DNA of 64,000 nucleotides from the NCBI GenBank assembly GCA_965261545.1, contig CBDHDF010000002.1, positions 672,001 to 736,000 on the forward strand. Direction: 5' to 3'. This document shows positions 28,533 to 37,900 of this stretch, one piece after another (positions within the stretch are counted from its first letter, which is position 1; each line of letters starts with the position of its first letter). The position numbers and the translations under genes are program-made. The notes below the pieces were generated by a model. That model worked only from the letters and a program-made list of their open reading frames with translations. It made no database searches and was not told where the DNA came from. The DNA is from Bdellovibrionales bacterium. Lineage in GTDB: Bacteria > Bdellovibrionota > Bdellovibrionia > Bdellovibrionales > UBA1609.

Positions 28533-29315
28533 TCAAGCTACCACCTGAGAATTGTGAGCCACGGGCCTTTCTTGGCGAGCATTCGTGGGAAGATAGCTCA
28601 TAAGTGCGTGTTCAAGAACATAGGGGGCCTGCCCCTTTGCCATACCAACCACAGCATCACACACTATAGACTGTAGAAGTTGCTCCTCTTCAGCTCGAAG
28701 CTCTAGCTTGTCTGCAATAGGCTTGGCCACCATATGGGCCAAAATAGCACCATACAAAGTTGTGAGAAGGGCAATGGCCATGGCAGGTCCCACGAGTTTC
28801 GGGTCAGACATATGAGATAGCATTTGCACAAGACCTATAAGAGTCCCAATCATTCCCATGGCAGGGGCCACATCACTTAGAGCACGAAAAATCTTTCGCC
28901 CATTTTCATGACGAACTGCTGTTTGAAGTTTTTCACGCATGAGAATGCTCTGGCAAATCTCTGGATCAGTGGCATCCACAAGCATATCAATGCCTCGGGC
29001 AAGAAATCCATTGCGGACCTTGACATTGGTCAGGGCCAAAGGTCCGTCTTTGCGAATGACTCTAGAAAGCCCAATCACTTCTGCAATAAGATCTAGAGGA
29101 TCATCGACTTTGAAAATAAACGCCTTCATTGCCACAGCAAAGGCCGTCTTCATTTTGCCCAAGCTAAACTTCATTGTGACGACAAATAAAGCTCCTCCAG
29201 CAACAATAAGAACCGCAGGAATATTAAAGAAGAGGAAAGGGCTTCCTCCAAGGACAATAGCCAACCCAACAATCACCAAGCCACCGATAAAACCAATTAT
29301 TGTTGCAAAGTCCAT
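28533..29315 (-). CDS. motA: Flagellar stator A subunit (PomA/MotA type), no cognate B gene adjacent
   Basis: MDFATIIG, RKDG.LAL, DVAPAMGMIGTLIGLVQML, GPAMAIALLTTLYG, PIADKL. Confidence 0.9.
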   Translation of the reverse strand: MDFATIIGFIGGLVIVGLAIVLGGSPFLFFNIPAVLIVAGGALFVVTMKFSLGKMKTAFAVAMKAFIFKVDDPLDLIAEVIGLSRVIRKDGPLALTNVKVRNGFLARGIDMLVDATDPEICQSILMREKLQTAVRHENGRKIFRALSDVAPAMGMIGTLIGLVQMLSHMSDPKLVGPAMAIALLTTLYGAILAHMVAKPIADKLELRAEEEQLLQSIVCDAVVGMAKGQAPYVLEHALMSYLPTNARQERPVAHNSQVVA

Positions 29316-29394
29316 AGGGGCTCCTGGTTATTGTATATGCTCATGTATACATAATATATAGCTACGACATGCATTATAGCTACTGCATGTATAT

Positions 29395-29422
29395 ATATCG
29401 GAACACCCACCTAAAAACCTTA
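29395..29422 (-). promoter_or_regulatory. Putative sigma28 promoter of motA/pomA
   Basis: TAAG-N16-TCCGATAT on minus strand upstream of a flagellar gene. Confidence 0.5.
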
Positions 29423-29612
29423 TTGTACTTAATTTTGTAATTTTGTAACATTATTATATTTAATTTTGTATCTATGCAGAGGGTATCGCTTTCATTCAAG
29501 AGATTCTTAATGAAAATAGTACTATTCAGAAGGTCGCATCGCCTCATAACGTATTACCGTATAGTGTATAGTATATTACCTCATAAATAAACGATACGAT
29601 AGTTAAGACACT

Positions 29613-29639
29613 CAAAATTTCTTGTTGAATAACCGATAA
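29613..29639 (+). promoter_or_regulatory. Putative sigma28 promoter pointing toward the giant surface-protein gene
   Basis: CAAA-N15-ACCGATAA. Confidence 0.45.
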
Positions 29640-29941
29640 CGATTCATAGGTAAAATTCATAGGTAAATATGATGGATGATAGTTGTTAGACGACAATAGT
29701 GACATTTCATTTTTATTTCTTTATGTCATTTGTGGACAATTTTGATTTATTTTGTAACGGAATAAAGAAAAAGAAGAATTTTAGAGTGAGTATTTGGATT
29801 ATTGTGAGACAGTAAATAAGAATTTCTTGTCAGATTCAACAATTTAACTGTATTCTTTAGAAATACAGGAGCCTGTAAACTATTTTGTGTAACTGCCGAA
29901 TCATATTAGGATGAACTATCATCCTGAAAGGAGAAGGCAAA

Positions 29942-31144
29942 ATGGATATCAAGACAATAGGCAAGGAACTAGCGAAGAACGTCAAGACCCAAAAGGATTT
30001 ATCCGACATAACGGGTCAACTGATGAAGGTTGTTTTAGAGACAGCTCTTAATGCGGAAATGGACGATCACCTAGGTTATGAGAGGCATGAGAAGTCTGAG
30101 ACCCGCAAATCCAACACTCGCAATGGTTACAGTAGAAAGACCATAAAGGGAGAGAAAGGCGAGGTGGAGCTTCAGGTCCCCCGTGACCGAAGTGCCTCCT
30201 TTGAGCCCCAAGTCATTCCCAAAGGCAAGACTCGTCTTGAGGGCTTTGAAGACAGTATTCTGACCCTCTATGCGAGGGGAATGACGACCAGGGATATTCA
30301 AGGAGCTATCAAAGACCTCTACCATGGTGCAGAGATATCCCACTCAGTGATAGCCAACGTGACGGATGCTGTTATTGATGAAGTTACGGCTTGGCAGAAC
30401 CGCCCCTTGGATAGCACTTACCCTATCGTATTTTTGGACTGTATCGTGGTGAAGGTCCATCAAGACAAGAGAGTTATTAATAAGGCGATTTACCTAGCTC
30501 TTGGTATTACAGAGGAGGGTCAGAAAGACTTGTTGGGCCTATGGATTTCTGAAAATGAGGGTTCAAAGTTTTGGTTGAGTGTTTTGACTGAGCTGCAAAA
30601 TCGAGGGTTGAAAGACGTATTTATATTTTCTGTAGATGGTCTTACAGGTTTTCCTCAAGCCATTTCAGCGGCTTTTCCCAAGTCTAAAGTACAACTGTGC
30701 ATTGTCCATATGGTCCGCAATTCCCTTCGCTATGTTCCTTCCAAGGATATGAAAGCTGTCGCCCAAGACCTCAAGTCCATTTATGGCTCTACGACTCTGA
30801 CAGAAGCTGAAAAGGCCCTTGAGGAATTTTGTACCAAGTGGTCTTCAAAGTATCCGAATATTGAAAAGTCTTGGCGTAGGAATTGGGACAATCTCATCAC
30901 TATTTTCGATTATCCGGATGAAATCAGAAAGATTTTTTATACCACAAACGCCATAGAGTCGTTAAATAGCGTGATCCGCAAGGCGATCAGAAATCGTAAG
31001 ATATTTCCCAGTGATCGGTCGGCTTTAAAAGTTGTATATTTAGCGATAAAAATGGCCTCTAAGCGATGGACACGACCATTACACAACTGGAAGCCAGCCA
31101 TGAACAGGTTTGCCATTGAATACGGTGACCGTTTTGACAACTAA
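29942..31144 (+). CDS. IS256-family (Mutator-like) transposase
   Basis: NTRNGY, VPRDR..SFEP, LYARGMTTRDI, YPIVFLD, VDGLTGF, QLCIVH, YTTNAIESLN. Confidence 0.97.
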   Translation: MDIKTIGKELAKNVKTQKDLSDITGQLMKVVLETALNAEMDDHLGYERHEKSETRKSNTRNGYSRKTIKGEKGEVELQVPRDRSASFEPQVIPKGKTRLEGFEDSILTLYARGMTTRDIQGAIKDLYHGAEISHSVIANVTDAVIDEVTAWQNRPLDSTYPIVFLDCIVVKVHQDKRVINKAIYLALGITEEGQKDLLGLWISENEGSKFWLSVLTELQNRGLKDVFIFSVDGLTGFPQAISAAFPKSKVQLCIVHMVRNSLRYVPSKDMKAVAQDLKSIYGSTTLTEAEKALEEFCTKWSSKYPNIEKSWRRNWDNLITIFDYPDEIRKIFYTTNAIESLNSVIRKAIRNRKIFPSDRSALKVVYLAIKMASKRWTRPLHNWKPAMNRFAIEYGDRFDN

Positions 31145-31238
31145 GTTTTTTAATAAGGTCCACCACCTGCCTTATAAGGGGGCTTAAAAGCCCCTCTAAG
31201 GCGTTGACAGAAGTACTGGAATACCGAGACTATGGTTA

Positions 31239-31431
31239 GGGTAATATAGTATGGGAACCTAAATACATGCCCTCTTGGTGCAGATTTGGGTTCCCATTTT
31301 TTTTCATATTTCATCCCAATTCTGGTATTTCTCGAATATCCTAAGTTAAAAAAAATAAAAAAAAGGGGGTAATATAGTATGGGAACCTAAACACATGAAC
31401 CCTTTGATGAGATTGGAATTTCCATTTTTTT
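31239..31431 (+). repeat. Two ~65-bp direct repeats (period 128 bp) in the IS256 tail, each a hairpin followed by a T run
   Basis: Identical 25-mer GGGTAATATAGTATGGGAACCTAAA at 31239-31263 and 31367-31391. ATGGGAA... pairs with ...TTCCCAT / TTTCCAT, then T7-8. Confidence 0.85.
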
Positions 31432-31455
31432 GAGAGAGCCATTGCTGATTTTTTT

Positions 31456-31608
31456 TCAACCAAGATGATAATTATTTATTTGAGTTCTTTCCAGTTCTGA
31501 TATGATCCCATTACGGCTCCATAATACAATCAAAAGTCCAGAGTAACTAAAGAGGCCAATTATATAGACCAGCGAAGATGTCCACCTCCCCATTAACTTA
31601 TAATGCAT
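31456..31608 (-). CDS. Candidate 50-aa single-TM peptide in the IS256 tail (copy 1)
   Basis: MHYKLMGRWTSSLVYIIGLFSYSGLLIVLWSRNGIISELERTQINNYHLG*; below the ORF-track size cut-off; no clear SD at the first ATG. Confidence 0.4.
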   Translation of the reverse strand: MHYKLMGRWTSSLVYIIGLFSYSGLLIVLWSRNGIISELERTQINNYHLG

Positions 31609-31937
31609 TGTGACTGACAAAATCGCTTGAAGGAAAAAATGTCAATTATACATTGACGAATAATATGGGACTGTGCTTTTTACCAGGAGTGGAGCCACAT
31701 AAGTGGCTTTAAGATTTAAGAAAAAAATTGCAGTTACACAATTATTTTTACAGTCCCAAATACAGTGGAGTTATACTTACATAATTTTATAGAAATTTAA
31801 TTTTCATAGAAATTTAAATAATTAATTATTTCTTTTTTTTATTTCTTCGAGATGGAGCGTCTTCGATTTTAGAAAAGTAAGAAAATATAATTCAAACAAA
31901 GAACAAAGACAAAGAACAAAGAACCAAGGAGTGTTAA

Positions 31938-34900
31938 ATGAAAACCAAATGTACTCACATATTAAGATGCATGAGTTTATTAAGTTTTTCAATTTTTCTT
32001 TTATTTTCCTCTTCTCATTCTTACTCAACCACACCGAATGTTCCCGCGCCAACATCAACACCTGCAGCAGGAGTGGGATCCTCTGGAAACTCGGCACCTC
32101 AAAGCTCATCGAGTTCGAGCTCTAGGGGGGCGGCTCTTCTGAGTATCAATGACCCGGGGCCCTTACCCACTCGTCTGGCCGACGTCACTGGGTTTACTTT
32201 TTATAAACCACGTCAATCAAAGGAAGATGCCAAGACAACTCCTCCATTTAGATACTACGGAGGATCTGACGCTTCTAACCCTGAACGCTACAACAGATAT
32301 AGCCATAGAGTGTATTACAACAATTGGTCTTATAAGCAAATGAAAAGATTATATACAAACTTACTTGAGATGCACATCAATTGGTGTAGGCAGCTTCGTG
32401 GCAGCGAAGATTCGCCCAGAAGAAGCGAGAACTTTCGTCGTCAGCTATCTTGGCATCGTAAAATTTGCTACGCAGATGCCTCTCACGATCCTGCATACCG
32501 AGTCAATGGAACTTGCGATTCAAGTTTAGGGGATGTCAGAGTCTCTATTGGAAGCAGAGGAACGCATCAATATGTTTCTTGTGAAAAAGACAATACGTTT
32601 GAAGCACGTTTTGGTGCAAATATACTTCTTGTCAGTGTGGCTGATTCTCCAGCTAAGGTTGTCGCAAGTCAAGAGCAAGCCATGGGCAGAAATAGATCTC
32701 TCACAACAAAAGCAATTATTTCCGTTGCCAATGAATTCCCTATTTTTATAACAAGATGGAATATCCCAAGTGATAACTATAGCTTCACGCTTCCTCTTAA
32801 GCCAGGACTAAATTACAATTTTCTCGTGCATTGGGGGGATGGTGCGGGCATAGACGTAAGGTGGGGGGAGACATATACTATAACATCTTTTGATGATGCC
32901 GATAAGACATTTGTTTATTCCAATCGTGGAGATACTATCATCATGATTATAGGCACTATGGAAGGATTTCAAAATACCTCAGACGAAAGGGGAAATTTGT
33001 ATGAAGTTTCCAAGCTAGGAAATATGGGATGGAAAGACCTCTCTGAGGCTTTTTCAGGTAATATTGAGCTTCGTGGAGTGTATGGAGGAAACACCTCAAA
33101 GGTCACAAATATGTCAGCTATGTTTGCAGGTGCTTCCGTCGTACATCCAGATACAATCTGGGACACCTCAAATGTTACTAACATGTCAGCTATGTTTGCC
33201 AATGCTTTCGTGTCACAGCCAAATACAAGCAACTGGGACACCTCAAAAGTTACTAACATGTCAGCTATGTTCGAAAATGCCCAGTATCCAAATCCCAATA
33301 CAAGCAACTGGGACACTTCAAAAGTTACTAACATGTCATCTATGTTTAAAAATACCCAGGATGCAAATCCCAATACAAGCAACTGGGACACCTCAAAAGT
33401 TACTAACATGTCAGCTATGTTTGCAAATACCCATCGAGCAAATCCCAATACAAGCAGCTGGGACACTTCAAAAGTTACTAACATGTCAGCTATGTTTGCA
33501 AATAATATCCATCGATTAAATCCAAATACAAGCAGTTGGGACACTTCAAAAGTTACTAACATGTCATATATGTTTGCAGATAATACGAAGGCAAATCCAG
33601 ACACAAGCAACTGGGACACTTCAAAAGTTACTAACATGTCAGCCATGTTTAAAAAGGCCCTTCGAGCAAATCCAAATACAAGCAGCTGGGACTTTACACA
33701 GGTGCAATCTCTCGCTCGACAACTTGACCACGTATCATTTCTTACCTATGGAGCTGGAGCTGCAAATAGTCTTCAGCCCGGGAAGTTTCATACCCCCATA
33801 CAAGAAGTGGCCATACCTTCCTCTGAAAGAGGCTTGGCGAGTGTATTTAAATCGCCCAGCCTATCCGTTGACAATTATTCAAAATTTTTAATACGCCTCG
33901 ATCAAAAACCACCCACAAGCAGCAATCTCATAAAGGTTATCGATGTGGGCACGTTAAAATACAAACCAAGTGCTATAAATGCGCGAGAAGGCTTAGCGGA
34001 GAAAGGTTGGAGCATCACTGATGGAGGTCCTGATGCCAAAGATCTTTATTTTGACTCAATATCTTTACCGGTACTTTCTCAAAACAATGCACGAGCTTAC
34101 AAAGTTCGAGGAAGCTGTGACCCCGATCTTGGAAATGTCACAATTACGATTGGAGTTGGAGATTCAAAAGTGGTGAAGGAATTCACTTGTAACTCAGACA
34201 ACACATTCTTAGCAATTCTTGATTTACGAAATATAGTTTCCCCTCAAGTGACTATCAGATCCAGTCAGGGCACAGGTGATTCGGTATTCGGTGTCAGTAA
34301 ATCCTTTGTATTGGCTAATGATATGAATCACTTTGTTACAGAGTGGTCGATATCAGAACCACCCTTCACATTCACTCTCCCCCTTAAACCAGGATTGAGA
34401 TATAACTTTACTGTGGATTGGGGAGACGGAAGTTCTAAGAGTGAAGTGACGTCCTTTGATGATAGTGACAAGGTCCATACTTACCAAAATATAGGCAAAG
34501 TGACAATCAAGATCACAGGTCTTGTTGAAGGATTCCACAATAGTTTCGATAATGGTCTTCTTCACAACAACTTACTTCTTAAGGTGTTAAACCTTGGAAA
34601 TATGGGGTGGAAGGATCTCTCTCATGCTTTTGAAAATAATGTGAACCTCACAGTATTTCGTGGAGGAAACACCTCCAATGTCACCAATATGTCTCATATG
34701 TTTAATGGTGCCACCAAAGCAAATCCAGATACCAGTGGTTGGGACACTTCTCGTGTGTTCGATATGTCCGCGATGTTTTCTGAAGCGGCCCGAGCCAATC
34801 CCGATACCAGTGGTTGGGACACTTCCCATGTGGTAACTATGGGGCACATGTTTTCTAAAACGACTCTAGCCAACCCCGATACCAGTGGTTGGGACACTTC

Positions 34901-37900
34901 CCGTGTGGTAAATATGGAGCAGATGTTTTTGGAAGCGACTCAAGCCGACCCCGATACCAGTGGTTGGGATTTTCAAAGCCTCTATGCATTAGCACCACAG
35001 TTTACCGATTTACCTCCCGAACTACCGGAGCCTGTGGTAAGAGGAAGTCGCAGGATATTTTTTAATACATTTCGATCATCAGGTTTATCTGTTGAGAATT
35101 ATTCAAAATTTTTAATAAGTCTCAATGAAAAACCCCCTAAAAATAATAGTCTCATAAGAAAAATTAATGTGGGCACATTAAAAGCCAATTTAAGTGCTTT
35201 TGGAGCACGAGCAAGCTTATTGGAGCAAGATTGGACCATTAATGATGGAGGTATTGATAATCAAGAAATATACCTTGACACAACAAGCTTTCCTCCGATC
35301 TCTTTATCCAATGCGGGAGCCTATAGAATTCAAGGCTCTTGTAATTCCGATTTTGGAAAGATCAGGGTTGTCGCTGGAGAGCCAAGAGTCCAAAAAGAAT
35401 TAACTTGTAATGCAGACAACACATTTATAGGAATCTTTAATTTACAAAATATATATTCTCATCCGGTAAAGTTCACAGTAAGTCAGGGGGCAACGGGCTC
35501 CGTTTCTAGTAAATCCTTTGAATTGGCCAATGAGATGAATCGATTTATCACAGAATGGAAGCTCCCTCAAGGTGACTTTACTCTCCCCTTGAAACCAGGA
35601 TTAGAATATAATTTTACTGTGGATTGGGGGGATAAAAGTGCTGTGAGTGAAGTAACGTCTTTTGGTGATTCCGACAAAGTACATAGGTACGCACAGCGTG
35701 GAGAGTATATAATTACAATCACAGGTCTTGTTGAAGGATTTCAAAATAATAATCGGAGTCTTGGATACTTGGGAACTGCACACGATCTTTTGTCGGTATT
35801 AGTCCTTGGAGATATGGGCTGGAAGGATCTGTCTCGTGCTTTTGAACACAATGGGAGTCTCGGGATATTTCGTGGAGGAAATACATCAAATGTTACAAAT
35901 ATGAGTTTTATGTTTAGTAATGCCTTACTTGTAAAACCAGACACGAGGGGTTGGGACACTTCCAATGTGACCGATATGCGCAATATGTTTCAAGGGGCTG
36001 CTTCAGCCAACCCAGATGCGAGTGGATGGGACACTTCCAATGTGACCGATATGCGCAATATGTTTCAAGGGGCTGCTTCAGCCAACCCAGACGCGAGTGG
36101 ATGGGACACTTCCAATGTGACCAACATGTACAGCATGTTTCAAGGGGCTGCTTCAGCCAACCCAGACACAAGTGGATGGGACTTTAGAAATGTCAACTTC
36201 GTCCAAGGCAATAACCGAGGTCTTACGGATATATTTAAATTATCGATTTTATCCGTTGATAATTATTCAAAATTTTTAATAGCCATCGATAAAAAAACGC
36301 CAACAACGAGCACCGGTATTTGGAAGAAAATTGATGTGGGCACATTAAAATGCAATGGGAGTGCTGCGGAAGCAAGGAAAAGACTGATTCATAATGGCTG
36401 GACTCTCACCGACGGAGGAGATTGTCATCCTGATTTGAGTATGAATATGGCAGCACTTTCTCCCCTTTCTTCGTCCAATCAAGGTTCCTATACGGTGAGT
36501 GGAACTTGTCAGACCCACCTCGGCAATGTCAATATTGTCGTTGGGAATCCAGAAGTAGAGAAAAGCTTGCCCTGTGTAGGTAGCTTATTCTCAGGAGCGA
36601 TTGATTTGCAAAGCGTCTATAGTCATGAAGTCACTATTGCAATAAGTCAAGCTGGAAGCTCATCCACTGTAAGTCATACTTTGGTGAACAAGACGAATCA
36701 ATTTGTGACAGTGTGGGGGATTCGAAGGGGAGACAAACTAACTCTCCCTCTTAAAAAGGGATTGAAATATGATTTCACTGTGGACTGGGGGGATGGAACT
36801 ACAGGGAGAGTGACATCTTTTAAAGATGCCGACAAAAAACATACCTATCCACCTTCCAACACCGCCAAGAAATATGTAGTCATCATTAAAGGGACCGTTG
36901 AGGGGCTTAAAAGCAACGATTTTTCAAAAACGAATCTTTTTGAAGTTATCAATCTCGGACATATGGGGTGGAAGGATTTATCCAATGCCTTTACAAAAAA
37001 CACTAGGCTTACAAAAGTTCTTGGTGGAAATACATCTGATGTCACAAATATGGATAGAATGTTTTTCAAAGCGAGTTTGTTGGAAACTCTAGACACAAGT
37101 GGTTGGGATACTTCGAGCCTTGTGAGTATGAACGAGATATTTAAGGGGGCCACTAAAGTGAACCCCGATGTGAGTGGCTGGGACACTTCTCAGGTTGAGA
37201 ACATGGTGGGTGTCTTTGATGGAGCGACCCAAGCCAATCCAGATACCAGCGGCTGGGACTTTTCAAAAGTTCGAACAAGCACGAGTAGCAAACACTCTGG
37301 GGTGGGAAGTCTTCAGGCTCTGTTTAGGTCATCAGGTTTATCTGTGGAGAATTATTCTAAGTTTTTAATAGCTCTCGATGAAAGACGACCGAACACACAA
37401 GATTTTCTTGAAAGGGTCATCAATGTGGGTCTATTGAAATACAACACCAGTGCGGAATCGGCGCGAGGCAACTTAGTGAGTCATTGGATTATCACCGATG
37501 GGGGCTTAGAGGGAGCCGAAGGGAATATCAATGTGCCGATTTTGGCACCGAACGGGCTCCAGCCCCTTTCTTTAGCCAATGGGGGGATTTATGGAATTCA
37601 AGGGACCTGTAATGCTAACGATGGAGATGTCACCGTTGTTATTGGAGAGCCCAATATGCAGAAAGACTTAGCTTGTGCCGACAACAACGCATTCTCAGGG
37701 AGTTTCGATGTGCAACATGTCTCTTCTCATCCGGTGACCATCACGATTTCTCAAGATCAAGGCAGCGTTGTTGTCAGTGAGTCTGTGGCCAATAGGATCA
37801 ATCGCTTTGTCACAAAGTGGGAGATTCCATCTGCGAATTATGTTTTCACTCTTCCTCTTAAGGATAACTTGAATTATGATTTCACTGTGGACTGGGGGGA

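Larger units (their letters stand above)
29869..31757 (+). mobile_element. IS256-family element, full copy 1 (1889 bp) with long 3' tail
   Basis: Imperfect IRs GAGCCTGTAAACTATTTTGTGTAACTGC / GCAGTTACACAATTATTTTTACAGTCCC; 8-bp TSD AAATACAG (29861-29868, 31758-31765). Confidence 0.96.

Noticed and set aside
28533..29315. MotA-like gene as Zorya ZorA
   Set aside because: Ordinary 260-aa PomA-like length with no long tail, and no zorB/C/D/E
31239..31431. IS256-tail direct repeats as a mini CRISPR array
   Set aside because: Only two units, similarity extends well beyond the 25-mer, the 128-bp period is too long, and there are no cas genes
32969..33646. Long antisense ORFs over the DUF285 repeats (also 38087-38512) and over dnaK (63339-63953)
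   Set aside because: Shadow frames arising from repeats or codon bias of real genes on the opposite strand
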